From Nitrosopumilaceae archaeon (GTDB taxonomy: Archaea; Thermoproteota; Nitrososphaeria; Nitrososphaerales; Nitrosopumilaceae): a stretch of DNA of 64,000 bases. Positions 10,240 to 21,913 of this stretch are shown in pieces. Position 1 is the stretch's first letter. Each line of letters opens with the position of its first letter. The notes under the pieces were generated by a model, which was not told the origin of the DNA, did no database searches, and saw only the letters and a program-made list of their open reading frames with translations. The DNA lies in NCBI GenBank assembly GCA_965200155.1, contig CBDATR010000024.1, positions 128,001-192,000 of the forward strand. Reading direction: 5' to 3'. Made by a program: the position numbers and the translations under genes.

Positions 10240-11606
10240 ATGACAAATTTTGAAGAGATAGGAATAGACGAGAGGCTACAAAAAGCTCTCAGCGAGATTG
10301 GCTTTGTAGAACCATTCCCCATACAAGAGGCAACTATACCGGTTTTGTTATCGGGGCGTGATGTAGTAGGTCAGGCGCATACTGGATCGGGAAAGACCGC
10401 GGCATACTCGCTGTCTATGTTACAGGATGTAAATCCGGATCGTACAAATCAGGGACTTATTCTTGCACCCACAAGAGAGCTGGTTCTACAGATAGCCGAA
10501 GAGCTGAAGAAGTTTCCAAGTACATGAATATACGCGTTATTACCATATATGGAGGGCAAAGTATGAATGTGCAAATTAGTGCCCTAAAAGAGGGTGGCGA
10601 AATTTTGGTTGCAACGCCTGGTCGACTGATTGATCACCTTAAGCGTGGCACCATTGAGCTTGATAAAATAAGACACATGGTTCTGGACGAGGCAGACACC
10701 ATGCTGGACATGGGTTTCATAGATGACATACAGTTTGTACTGGATCTAGTACCAGAAAGGAAGGTTATGTCATTATTCTCTGCTACCATGCCAGTTGAAA
10801 TACTGCGTCTCGCGGAAGAATATCTAAAGAATCCAAAGCACTTTCTTTTGGACGCGGACGATCTTAGCGGCGAGGGCATAGATCAGTCATTTCTAATACT
10901 CAGAGACAGAGAAAAGGAGAAACATCTTCTTAATTTCATAAACGAAACAAAGGGCCAAAAAATAGTATTCTGCTCCACTAAATACCGCACTCGAGATGTA
11001 ACCCGTATGCTGCACAGGGCAAAGATGGACGCAGTAGCAATAGAGGGAGACATGACACAGCACCACAGAGAACAATCCATGGGCAAGTTCCGCAGTGGCA
11101 AGGCAGACATATTGGTAGCCACAGATGTGGCAGCTCGCGGCATAGATGTTCCCCAAGTGCAACTGGTGATAAACTATGATGTACCAAACCAAGATCTCAT
11201 GTACTTTCATAGAATAGGCAGGACGGCCCGAGCCGGGGCAAAGGGCAAAGCCATCACATTTGTCTCATATTCATCAGTATCAGACTGGAACCTCATAAAA
11301 CGGCAGATCAAGGTAGAGCTGACGGATCTGAATAAATCCATGGGCATAGAAGTAAACATACCGGATCCACTAAAGCGCCAGATAGCACCCCGGCGGCATG
11401 CAACAGGCGGTAGCACGTACCGGAATGGTAGACGACAGGGAGGCAGTCATGGCAGATTCGGAGGTCGAGATGGTGGCAGATATGGCCGGGGCCGAGTTGG
11501 TGGTCGAGATGGTGGCAGATATGGCCGGGGCCGAGTTGGTGGTCGGTTTGGTGGTCGAGATGGTGGCAGAGACGGCGGTCGGTTTGGTAACCGGGGCCAA
11601 AAATAG
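10240..11606 (+). CDS. DEAD-box RNA helicase, split by a single-base frameshift at ~10513-10516 (pseudogene or sequence error)
   Basis: Q motif, AHTGSGKT and PTREL in ORF 10240-10527; TPGR, DEAD, SAT, ARGID, HRIGRTAR in ORF 10524-11606; RGG-rich tail. Confidence 0.88.
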
Positions 11607-11698
11607 GTATGAGTTCACGTCTTCCGGAATCTTGTGCACAAATCACATTAACTGTCGCGATCAGTTGTGCGTAAATTTAGACACAGGTGAACTTATAC
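11607..11698. mobile_element. 92-bp IS66-type MITE directly after helicase stop codon
   Basis: TIRs with one mismatch; flanks AAAAATAG / GAAATATT do not form a TSD. Confidence 0.92.
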
Positions 11699-12015
11699 GA
11701 AATATTCCGCGTAATTACTAATCTGTTGCAAAAATGTGCGTAATTTAGTAAACAGGAATTATGCGAATCGGTCATGAAATACACCAATGGATTTTGTCCA
11801 TGATCATTTTGAGTTGCTGTTTTGTCAACCTATTTAAATAATCGCCGTTATTTAACAAAAGAAATTTGTACATAATTCCTGTGTTGTGTAATGAAAATTA
11901 TGGAGAATTGTATATCGTACACTAGTTGTGAAATTTGTCACCAAAATTTGTAAACATGATCATGCAGCGCAGAAGATCGAACAGTTGTTATATACGAGGA
12001 ACATTATCTGGAATA

Positions 12016-12303
12016 ATGGAGAAGATACAGTACGATGGTACAGTATGGGCCATCAACCACAAGTATCCGGATCCCTTGATAGAACATGCATTGCATAAAC
12101 TGGAGCAACACGGGGTTAACCGTGACGACATTGTATTGACTGATGCTCCAGATAATGTAAAGTTGGGCGCCGTCGTGGTGCAAATTTGGCCATACCACCT
12201 AGATGTTACCCGAATTCGCATAATACGCAACGAGTCCTTTGTGAGTGGAAAGATTATGACAATAGAGCTAAAATTGGACCAAGACGGAAACTATGCGGAT
12301 TGA
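12016..12303 (+). CDS. Hypothetical protein
   Basis: MEKIQYDG... ORF; stop overlaps the start of the next gene. Confidence 0.6.
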   Translation: MEKIQYDGTVWAINHKYPDPLIEHALHKLEQHGVNRDDIVLTDAPDNVKLGAVVVQIWPYHLDVTRIRIIRNESFVSGKIMTIELKLDQDGNYAD

Positions 12304-12779
12304 AGACTGGTATTATCATTCTTAGCATAGTGGTTGCCATATCGGCTACCTTGGGATTTTATCAGTACAATGCAGAGCAGATACGCCAAGCGGGATTTAC
12401 CTTTGGCAATGATCTGCAACAGATACAGGATGACATAAAACTGCTTCAGGATGATTTCTACTTATCCATAAAACAATGGGAGGAGGGGGACATAGACAAG
12501 GAGAATCTCATATCACGTCTGCGTGTGCATGTCGAAGAATTTGATGTGATAATGCTTAGATATGACACGCTGAGTCCCCCTAGCGGATTTGAGGGAGCAG
12601 TGGATCTTTTCCAACTTTCATCACAGGCCCAGCTGGGGAGTGATGTGCAGTATATTAAATGGTTAGAGACAGGAGAAGAATCAGCCAAGATACGGTCTGA
12701 TCTTCAGTTGACTGAGGCGTTTGAGCTGGAATTAGCTGCACTATCTGAATACAACAAAGTGCGAGATGGTGTCCAGTAA
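12300..12779 (+). CDS. Hypothetical membrane-anchored helical protein
   Basis: Probable TTG start (LKTGIIILS), N-terminal TM, acidic helical body. Confidence 0.65.
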   Translation: MKTGIIILSIVVAISATLGFYQYNAEQIRQAGFTFGNDLQQIQDDIKLLQDDFYLSIKQWEEGDIDKENLISRLRVHVEEFDVIMLRYDTLSPPSGFEGAVDLFQLSSQAQLGSDVQYIKWLETGEESAKIRSDLQLTEAFELELAALSEYNKVRDGVQ

Positions 12780-12832
12780 GTAGCAATAGATATTATCTTT
12801 TAGAAATCGACATAACAACTACCAAGATTATT

Positions 12833-15334
12833 GTATGAGTTCACGTGTTTTGATCATTCACTAAGATATAGATTGGTATGACAATATTTTACTTAAATAC
12901 CAAATTTGCAATAAGAATCTAATGAGAAGACGCCGGTCCTATAAGGAATTGGAACTGGAAAATAAACTTCTTCAGGATACCCTTGCGTCTACCGAGAAAG
13001 ATCTTGCACATTACAAGGAACGTGTGAGAGTATTGGAAGCATATGTGTCCCGCACCACAAAAGAAATACGAAATCTCACACAAGATTTCCAAATGTATGA
13101 GTTCACGTCTTCCGGAATCTTATGCACAAATCACATTAACTGTCGCGATCAATTGTGCGTAAATTTAGACACAGGTGAACTCATACTTCCAAATTATTAG
13201 GAATTATGTAAATGAATTGAATGAGAAATTAAAAGAAAAACAGGGGAAAATTGCGGTACTCACAACGCGACTTAAATATTATGAGAATGCTCACTCGCCA
13301 CCATCCCTTCAATCCCTCCAGTACAAGAAGCGAAAACAGGAGGAGCAGAAGCGAAAACAGGGAGATAATAAGCAACAGAAAGAAGCCAGTACGAAATCAG
13401 CCAAAAAGGCTGGCGCGCAAAAGGGACACAAGGGGGTTTCCCGTTCCCACAACCCCGGCAGAGTAGTGCATCACACCTTTGAGTACACACCAATATGTGA
13501 GTGCGGCAATATAATGACAAAAATTGGTTGGAAACAACGACACATAACGGAATTAATACCAGCCAAAATAGAGGAGACCCTTCATGTGATAGAAATGGCT
13601 GCATGCAAGTGCGGCAAAAAACAACTGGCCCCAGCAGCGGGCGTCCCAAAGAGTGGTGATTTTGGAGTTCAATTATGCGGTGCCATCACTGCATTGCGTG
13701 CGGAAAAGATTCCAATAAAACGCATACCTGTAATTTCGAAGGATCTCTTCGGCCTAAATATATCGGTGGGTGCAGTAAACAACATAATTGCCAGGGCCGC
13801 CGATGCATGTGAATCATTTATGGAAACAATTCATGAGAATATAATAAAATCACCCAGCATTCATGTGGACGAAACTGGTATATCACTGGCGGGTAGGCGT
13901 GGCTGGGTATGGGGGATGCGAGCCGAAGAGTGGATGATATACAAAAGTAGGAGTTCAAATGTAGTGAACAAATACCTGAACGGTTACCAGGGAGCGATAG
14001 TAACGGACAGGTACGTTGTGTACCGCCGGTTTGATGACGGTGGGAAGCACCAGTTGTGTTGGGCGCATTTATTGCGCGATACCCAGGCATTACATGCAGG
14101 ATTCTATATCGATCCCGGTGCTCAGGACGCCCGGATCAAACTTGACAACGACCTGAAAGGATTGTTCCGGAGCGCACGGGAATCCCTGAATCACTGCGGG
14201 CCGTCCGCGCAATTACGACACTCATTTGAGACAGGAGCAGAATCCATTCTGCATCAGTACTGTGATGTTGATGATACTGAACTACAAAAGAAGGTAAAAG
14301 GATTGAATAAGGCCATACCATGCATGTTCGTATTCTTAGAATATGACTGTGTAGAGCCCACCAACAATCCAGCGGAGCAGGCTTTGCGATACGCAGTGGT
14401 ATTCCGCAAGATTAGTGGTCAGATAAAGGGTGGCGAAAGGGCAATGCGCCGCATGTCTACATTTGTATCATGTGTTCAGACATGGAGGGCTCAAGGCCTT
14501 TCTGTTATGAACGAGGTTGCTGCCAGAATGCAGTTATAATTAAAAAACTGGGACGCATTTGCCAGGGCCGCCGATGCATGCGAATCATTTATGAAAACAA
14601 TTTATGAGAATATAATAAAATCACCCAGCATTCATGTGGACGAAACTGGTATATCACTGGCGGGTAAGCGTGGCTGGATATGGGGGATGCGGGCCGAAGA
14701 GTGGATGATATACAAAAGTGGGAGTTCATATGTAGTGGACAAATACCTGAACGGTTACCAGGGCGCGATAGTCACAGACAGGTACGTTGTGTATCGCCGG
14801 TTTGATGACGGTGGGAAGCACCATCTGGGCGCATTTATTGCGCGATACCAGTATATTACATGCAGGATTCTATATCGATCCCGGTGATCAGGACGCCCGG
14901 ATCAAACTTGACAACGATTTGATCCGGAGCGCACGTGAATCGCTGCGGGCCGTCCGCGCAATTACGACACTCATTTGAGGCAGGAGCAGATGCATCAGTG
15001 CTGTGATGTTGATGATACTGAACTGCAAAAGAAGGTAAAAGGATTGAATAAGGCCATACCAGGTATGTTCGTATTCCTAGAATATGACAGTGTGGAGCCC
15101 ACCAACAATCCGGCGGAGCAGTGGAACCGGTTCTGATACGCAGTGGTATTCCGTAAGATTAGTGGCCAGATAAAGGGTGGTGAAAGGACCATGCGCCGCA
15201 TGTCCATATGTGTTCAGACATGGCGGGCTCAGGGCCTTTCTGTAATGAACGAGGTTGCTGCCAGAATGCAATTATAATTAAAAAACTGGGATGCATTCTA
15301 TCTTATTATGTGATCAAAACACGTGAACTCATAC
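12833..15334 (+). mobile_element. IS66-family single-ORF (ISBst12-like) element interrupted by a MITE, followed by a tandem partial decayed copy (~14559-15334)
   Basis: 24-bp TIR GTATGAGTTCACGTGTTTTGATCA; transposase 12922-14539 with NSHSPPS-like, GAQKGHKG, HVDET, TDRY, QLCWAHLLR, TNNPAEQALR motifs. Confidence 0.92.
13095..13186. mobile_element. 92-bp MITE inserted in IS66 transposase
   Basis: TSD TTCCAAAT; removing 100 bp restores the frame seen in the 29637 copy. Confidence 0.96.
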
Positions 15335-15369
15335 AATGTTTTAGTGTCTAAATTGTACCAATAATTGTG

Positions 15370-15447
15370 ATATGAGTTCACGTCTTCACTATGCGCATAA
15401 CTTATCACTATACGTTGTGCCTGATTTAATTACGAGTGAATTTATGC
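15370..15447. mobile_element. Degenerate older MITE with IS66-type ends
   Basis: ATATGAGTTCACGTCTTC ... GTGAATTTATGC. Confidence 0.5.
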
Positions 15448-15546
15448 TAACGCATATCATCTCCCAAGAATGATGCCAAATTTCTACAAGCGCGCCTATC
15501 ACGCGTGCTATTAAAAAGATAAATCATGGTACATATCAGGTTATTT

Positions 15547-15830
15547 GGCGAGCCGGAGCGCGACACGCTGCTAACGCAGAGGAAACTCCTCCCTCCTGGC
15601 AGGAAGCGCGACCCGGAGACAGGTAGTTGGAGACAACTGGCGACGGCACAGAAACCAGTCCTCCCCTCATACAATGAAGGCCAACGCCGGAGGTTCGGGG
15701 ATATAGGACGTGAAAAGGCCGACCCGCGCGGAGAAAGGCCAAACAAGACCTTAGCATCCTGCCGCAGGTCTAGGTAGGCCGCATAGCTAAATATCGCTAG
15801 AAACAGAAGGAGGGTTACTTCCGGCGCGCC
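15547..15830 (+). ncRNA. rnpB: RNase P RNA
   Basis: P1 GGCGAGCCGGAG/TTCCGGCGCGCC; CR-I GAGGAAACTCC; ACAGAAAC; TGAAAAGGCC; CR-V AACAGAAGGAGGGTTA. Confidence 0.92.
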
Positions 15831-16059
15831 AATATTATACTAGGTGATTTTTGCGTTACAATTCAGATCGTCATGTGACTTATTCTGTAACAAAATACAT
15901 TTCATTCATGTCTGAATTCATGTACCATGAGTTGTAAAGATTAGTGTGGTTTAAACACGTGATCGTGTTCTCTGATTGTTTTCGCTCATGATGGGAGGAG
16001 CCAATTTTCTGCATAACAGCATCCGGCCTGTATGAGTTCACGTCTTCCGGAATCTTGTG

Positions 16060-17114
16060 TGTAATGTATGAAAAGTCGGTCCGCTAGTCATTGGCATCCC
16101 GCTCCATCCATTTTGCATCATTTGCCCTAATTGTCTGGGTCGCCTTTTTATTCCTGAAGCGGCGTTTCGCCGTTATCTATATCCAGTGAGAAGTGCAACC
16201 TTCTCTCATTGCAGTAGTCAACATAATCCCGGAGACTGTCATAATGCCATATCTCATTGGACTCTTAAATAAGAGTCCCCTCGTCCTCAATCATTCTATG
16301 GAAGCGCTCCAGTTTGCCATTTGTCTGCGGGTGGTATGGCCTGGAATTGATTAGTATGATGTCTTGATTCAGCAGTTCTTCCTAGAATAGTGGGTTTCCA
16401 GTTCTTTTTGCTCTTTTATTGTCCTACGAAACACGCGCCGTTATCCAAGATGCAGGGGCGCCGAATCGCTTCATTGCCAGTCTCAGTAGAGTGGCGTTCT
16501 CTGAGGTTGCATGCTCAAATAGTGCCGCTCCGACTATACACCTGAATGCATCATCTATGAGATTCAGTCCCTTGAAGCTCTCATCTTGTATGAGTTCACG
16601 TCTTCCGGAATCTTGTGCACAAATCACATTAACTGTCGCGATCAGTTGTGCGTAAATTTAGACACAGGTGAACTCATACCTCATCTTTTCATGACATGCC
16701 AGTGCCACATTGCATTGGAATATTTACGCTCATAGCGTACCCACTCTGACTTTGCAGGTGATGATCCTGCCGTACCGTTCTTTTTCATTATGCGATATAC
16801 TGCGCGATATATTGTAATTCTGTCTAAGCCTCTTTGCAATACGTACTACTCCGGCGGGATCCCTGCTGTATGCTTCAGTTACCATTCGTATCTGGGTGGC
16901 GGTGATTGGTATCATGGACTGTCCATCTTTACTCGAGTCGTTCCCGTTCTCTGGTTCACAATCTTCGTACGTGTCTTGTCTCAGGTCTTGAGCTATGTTG
17001 GTTGTGGCAACGCCTCTTGTCTTGATTCCTCTGTTATTCTCTTTACCATCTGGCTTGTGCAATCTGAGCTACTGTACGCCGGATCCTAAGCGGACTTACT
17101 TTTCGCACTATTGA
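16060..17114 (-). mobile_element. Decayed IS481-family element (subfamily 2)
   Basis: Ends TGTAATGTATGAAAAGTCGGTCCGC / ...CTTTTCGCACTATTGA; 16-bp TSD CTTCCGGAATCTT(G/A)TG. Confidence 0.9.
16588..16679. mobile_element. 92-bp MITE inside IS481
   Basis: TSD CTCATCTT. Confidence 0.96.
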
Positions 17115-17242
17115 CTTCCGGAATCTTATGCACAAATCACATTAACTGTCGCGATCAGTTGTGCGTAAATTTAGACACAGGTGAACTCATACTCCGGCCT
17201 TGTGTACCATTTGTAAGATGCTCCTACTGAAACATAGGTTGT

Positions 17243-18115
17243 CTAGATGTTCTCTATTGCAGTAGAAACGCCCACCCGGTATCCGGGGCACTTGAATTGA
17301 TATATGTCGGATATGCGTTTGTTTGATACTGATGTGGGGGCGCACAGTAGCCGGATCATATCTCCGCCTAGCTTCAATTTTGCCACAAACGCGGGTATGC
17401 TCTTGGGTTTCTTTACGCCCAGAACGTGTGCCGTATACTCAAAGAACTCCTGAAGTGTTACTATTTCAGGATCTGCCACCACATATCGCGAATGCCTCAA
17501 TCCATCACTGTATATGGCCACCAAACTGCCTACTGCATCCTCCACAGTAACAAACGCCTTGCGGTTGTTACCACCGCCTGGTATCATAAAAGTACCACTA
17601 CGCATCTTTTTCACTACCAGTTCCCTAAACCATCCGCCACATCCATAGACGTCACCAAAATACGCTACCGAGAAACGAATTCCCGCATCACGGCACTCTT
17701 CTTCCATATGCCTCTGTGCATACATGCGCATGCGGGTAAATTCCGTATCTGGATTGTACGGAGTGTCCTCATCAATTATACCATTCACACTCCCAAACAC
17801 GCCCAGGCCAGATGCGTATATGAGCGATTTTGTTTTGTCTCGTATTGCGGACATTAGATTTTTGGCACCATCCACGTTAGTCTGGCGCAGTTTTTTGGAA
17901 TTCTTCTCCAGTGGGGTCAGTGCCGCCATGTGAAATACGCAGTCAAACTCATGATCGCCTACCGAAAAAGACAAGTCTCGTATGTCGCCTTGAAGTGTAA
18001 ACTTGTCTGCATGTAACTCTCTTGATAACCCATAAACTTGGTAGTCTGGCTTTAGTCTCTGTACAAGGTGTGATCCTATAAATCCGGATGAACCTGTCAC
18101 CAGCACCTTGTTCAT
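17243..18115 (-). CDS. NAD-dependent epimerase/dehydratase (extended SDR)
   Basis: VLVTGSSGFIG, VFHMAA, NVDG..N, VYG motifs. Confidence 0.88.
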   Translation of the reverse strand: MNKVLVTGSSGFIGSHLVQRLKPDYQVYGLSRELHADKFTLQGDIRDLSFSVGDHEFDCVFHMAALTPLEKNSKKLRQTNVDGAKNLMSAIRDKTKSLIYASGLGVFGSVNGIIDEDTPYNPDTEFTRMRMYAQRHMEEECRDAGIRFSVAYFGDVYGCGGWFRELVVKKMRSGTFMIPGGGNNRKAFVTVEDAVGSLVAIYSDGLRHSRYVVADPEIVTLQEFFEYTAHVLGVKKPKSIPAFVAKLKLGGDMIRLLCAPTSVSNKRISDIYQFKCPGYRVGVSTAIENI

Positions 18116-18167
18116 GAATACAATGGTATAGTATGGTATTTTAAGTCAGTGAATGAGAACTATACAA

Positions 18168-19098
18168 TCAATAGTACGAAAAGTAAGTCCGCTTAGGATC
18201 CGGCGTACAGTAGTTCAGATTGCACAAGCCAGATGGTAAAGAGAATAACAGAGGAATCAAGACAAAAGAGGTGTTGCTGTCACCAAAATAGCTCAAGACC
18301 TGAAACAAGACACGTACGAAGATTGTGAACCAGAGAACGGGAACGACTCGAGTAAAGATGGGCAGGCCCATGATACCAATCACCGCCACCCAGATACGAA
18401 TGGTGACTGATGTATACAGCAGGGATCCCGCCGGAGTAGTACGTATTGCAAAGAGGCTTAGACATGATACATATCGCGCAGTATATCACATAATGAAAAA
18501 TAACGGCACGACAGTCGCCTCACCTGCAAAGTCAGAGTGGGTACGCTATGAGCGTAAATATTCCAATGCAATGTGGCACTGGCATGTCATGAAAGATGAG
18601 CGATTCAGGGGACTGAATCTCATAGATGATGCATCCAGGTGTATAGTCGGAGCGGCACTATTTGAGCATGCAACCTCAGAGAACGCCGCTCTATTACTGA
18701 GACTAGCGATAGAACGATTCGGCGCCCCTGCATCTTGGATAACGGCGCGTGTTTCGTAGTACAATAAAAGTGCAAAAAGAACTGGAAACCCACTATTCTA
18801 GGAAGAACTGCTGGATCAAGACATCATACTAATCAATTCCAGACCATACCACCCGCAGACAAATGGCAAACTGGAGCGCTTCCATGGAATGATTGAGGAC
18901 GAGATTTGGCATTATGACAGTCTCCGGGATTATGTGGACTACTACAATGAGAGAAGGTTGCACGTCTCACTGGATATAGATAACGGCGAAACGCCGCTTC
19001 AGGAATAAAAAGGCGACCCAGACAATTATAGGGCAAATGATGTAAAATGGATGGAGCGAGATACCAATGACTAGCGGACCGACTTTTCATACATTACA
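18168..19098 (+). mobile_element. Decayed IS481-family element (subfamily 2)
   Basis: Same ends and fragments (RYERKYSNAMWH, DDASR, PYHPQTNGKLERFH); no matching TSD. Confidence 0.9.
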
Positions 19099-19138
19099 CA
19101 CGAAAAACCATGGGTAAAGACTTATGGTGACTGCTATA
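19099..19138 (+). mobile_element. Orphan right end of the TIR-bounded tnpB element family
   Basis: TAAAGACTTATGGTGACTGCTATA is 20/24 identical to the TIR at 41751-41774; upstream CACGAAAAACCATG resembles the subterminal sequence of the other two copies. Confidence 0.65.
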
Positions 19139-19151
19139 GTATAGCGAAAAT

Positions 19152-21104
19152 ATGTCATCGGATCCTGCCAAGATGGCCAAGTACGAGCTCAGAAAGTTGG
19201 TCACTACCTGCATGCACAGCGATATACTGATCATGGAAAAGCATACAGAGACACGGGCGGCTGCTGAAAAGCTGCGCCATCACTATCGTGACGAGATAGT
19301 GGTAACTGAGGAAGGCAGGGGAATAGGAATGGTCACCGACAAGGATATACTCAGGAAGGTAGGCGATATCACGGTATATGCAGAGTCCACCATGCTTGTG
19401 GATGTAATGTCCTCGCCCCTGGTTACTATTCGAGATAACAAAAGCCTTCGTGATGCCCTCACCCTTATGAATAAGAGGCACTGTCGTAAGCTGCCCGTAT
19501 CGGACAGGAGTGGACACATACTGGGTATAATATACAAGAGTGACATACTGGTGGCCGCGGAGCGATCCATACTGGCACTATCACGGGGCATAAGTCCCTG
19601 GGGAAAGGCCATCATAGGAAACCTTGGATTTGTGTTACAGTTTGCAGGCATACTTATGATAGTGCCAGCCTTGGTGGCCACATTTCTTGGTGACACCATA
19701 ACGGCCACGGGCATATACCTGAGTATGGTTTTGTTGTTATCTACGGGTTTCTTCCTGAACTCATACGGCGAGAAGGCCAAGATGGACATGCGGCAGGCAT
19801 CCATACTGGTACTGTCCAGCCTCTTTATACTATCGCTCTTTGGGACTGTACCATATCTGTATGTGCCCCCTGGAATGGAATATGCCGAGGACTCTGTAGT
19901 AGCGGCAGTATTCTTCAGTATGCGCGAGGGTCAGACCTCTCCTTTGGAGATGTTCTCCGGCGCATTCTTCTCCAGCGCGGCTGGGTTCACTACCGGTGGG
20001 ATATCCTTGTATGAGACACCAGAAGATCTGCCCCAGAGCTTTACGTTCTACCGCAGCTATACCCAGCTGGTGGGAGGTATGAGTTTCATTTATCTTGTAA
20101 TAACTGCCTTCTACCCATCCAGCAGACTTGAAGGCATGCGGAGCTTCATAACTGGCAAGGAGCTGCATCTAAGGGAACTCTTCAGTACTATAACTGCAAT
20201 ATTCGCCATTTACATAGTGGTGGTGGCCGCGTTGCTGTACATACTGGGTGACAACAACATACTGGACGACTTTTCGCTAGCCATGAGTACCCTGGCCACC
20301 GGGGGCTTTGTACCTGACTCGGGTATGGTGCAGAACATGAGCTGGCCGAAACAGGGCGTGCTTGTGGCCGCCATGATATTGGGAGCCTTGCCCTTTACCT
20401 TCCATCACGCCTTTGTGACCCGAAAACTCAGGCCCAAGCTGGGCAAAGAGGTTCTGGCATACTTTACACTACTTGTGTCTGCCATACTATTGTTCAGTAT
20501 AGTTGGGGGCTTAAACGCCCTGGAGTCTGTGTTCTATCCAATATCTGCTAGCACCACAGCGGGTTTGCAGATATCCTCACTGGAGAGCCTCCCCATCCCA
20601 GGCCAATACATACTCATCATACTAATGCTGGTGGGAGGTTGCGGCTTCTCCACTGCCGGCGGCATCAAGGTATTTCGCATCTTCCATATGACAGGACTGG
20701 CAGTATACCTGCGTCCCCGGTATATGCGGAATAACATCAGGAGGATTCTGCGTCTCAACAAAACTTCCATTATAGCATGGTCAAGACATATTCGCAGTGT
20801 TGATCCAAACGGTAACTCGCGCCGCCAGGATATACTGTACTCCATTATAGTTATCGCCGCCTTTCCGTTCATCGCGTTCCTGACTGGTTCATACCTGGTT
20901 ACCTTTGAGGGGGCAAATCCTGATGCGGCATTCTTTGATGCAGTAGGTGTTATAACTACCGGGGGACTCTCTGCCGGTGTCATAGATTTTGATACATCTG
21001 TCCACACCAAAATACTGCTGTCGGCGCTGATGATATTTGGACGCTTGGAGATAATTGCCCTGATATACCTGATAATTCCCCCCATATACACAGCTAAACA
21101 CTAA
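19152..21104 (+). CDS. trkH: CBS-domain + TrkH-family potassium uptake protein
   Basis: N-terminal CBS pair; pore-loop motifs GFTTGG, LATGGF, STTAG, FSTAGGIK, ITTGGLS, GRLE. Confidence 0.88.
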   Translation: MSSDPAKMAKYELRKLVTTCMHSDILIMEKHTETRAAAEKLRHHYRDEIVVTEEGRGIGMVTDKDILRKVGDITVYAESTMLVDVMSSPLVTIRDNKSLRDALTLMNKRHCRKLPVSDRSGHILGIIYKSDILVAAERSILALSRGISPWGKAIIGNLGFVLQFAGILMIVPALVATFLGDTITATGIYLSMVLLLSTGFFLNSYGEKAKMDMRQASILVLSSLFILSLFGTVPYLYVPPGMEYAEDSVVAAVFFSMREGQTSPLEMFSGAFFSSAAGFTTGGISLYETPEDLPQSFTFYRSYTQLVGGMSFIYLVITAFYPSSRLEGMRSFITGKELHLRELFSTITAIFAIYIVVVAALLYILGDNNILDDFSLAMSTLATGGFVPDSGMVQNMSWPKQGVLVAAMILGALPFTFHHAFVTRKLRPKLGKEVLAYFTLLVSAILLFSIVGGLNALESVFYPISASTTAGLQISSLESLPIPGQYILIILMLVGGCGFSTAGGIKVFRIFHMTGLAVYLRPRYMRNNIRRILRLNKTSIIAWSRHIRSVDPNGNSRRQDILYSIIVIAAFPFIAFLTGSYLVTFEGANPDAAFFDAVGVITTGGLSAGVIDFDTSVHTKILLSALMIFGRLEIIALIYLIIPPIYTAKH

Positions 21105-21127
21105 TTTACCATTGGTATACGCCACTC

Positions 21128-21913
21128 ATGACCCAGGCAAGAAAGGGGACATTACTCATTGCAGGAGGGTTGGCACTAATAGCTCTTCTCTTTGTGTGGT
21201 ATTATAGATATCAGGATCCCCAGACATTTACACCCATGGCCGCTGATTCCATTCAGTGGTTGGCGACCATGTTCTATGTACTTCTGGTTTCATGTATGGG
21301 ATTGGCGGCATGGGGGGTTTACCTGTTCCGCAAACACTCCCTGGATGATGACAGCCTGGTTGGTATCATTGCGCGCACCACCTGGAACCCAAAGTCTAGC
21401 CGGATATTCTTGATAGTCTTTGCATCATACGGAATATTCTTCTCGCTGGTATCCGGCACATTGGTGTATCAGCCACAGATAGACTTTGAAGTACATTATG
21501 GGGCAGAGATACCTTCCGCGTTCATAGCTCCCTGTTGCGGCGAGATGGGATATATGCCCAAAATAATCATATATCTTGCCAATCATGTGGGCCTTCAGGT
21601 AATACCGCTCAATCTTGTTCTGCAGATTGCCGTGTCGTATCTGGTTGCATTAAATGCCTCCCTGGCAACGGTGGCCTATTCCGCGTCAAGGAAGCGCCGG
21701 GGCGTGGGTATCATAGGGGCACTGACAGGCCTGTTTGTGGCATGTCCTACCTGCGCGGGTACAGCCGCGTCCATATTCGTGGGGACCGCTAGCGGCATAG
21801 CCATTAGTCTGGCACTGGCACAACTACAGACTGTATTTATCGCGGCATCCATACCATTGCTCTTGGCTACCCCGTTCCTGCTCGCCCGCCAGCTTAGATC
21901 ATGCACTGTGTGA
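21128..21913 (+). CDS. Hypothetical multi-pass membrane protein with PCC and ACPTC motifs
   Basis: Hydrophobic helices; Cys motifs suggest metal or thiol handling. Confidence 0.7.
   Translation: MTQARKGTLLIAGGLALIALLFVWYYRYQDPQTFTPMAADSIQWLATMFYVLLVSCMGLAAWGVYLFRKHSLDDDSLVGIIARTTWNPKSSRIFLIVFASYGIFFSLVSGTLVYQPQIDFEVHYGAEIPSAFIAPCCGEMGYMPKIIIYLANHVGLQVIPLNLVLQIAVSYLVALNASLATVAYSASRKRRGVGIIGALTGLFVACPTCAGTAASIFVGTASGIAISLALAQLQTVFIAASIPLLLATPFLLARQLRSCTV

Larger units (their letters stand above)
16030..17192. mobile_element. MITE split by an IS481 insertion (outer element of a nest)
   Basis: Left part 16030-16059, right part 17115-17192; outer TSD TCCGGCCT. Confidence 0.93.

Noticed and set aside
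11370-11721. Repetitive ORFs in alternative frames at the helicase 3' end
   Set aside because: Shadows of the RGG-coding tandem repeat plus MITE.
15447-15777. ORFs of 73-99 aa
   Set aside because: They overlap the RNase P RNA gene.
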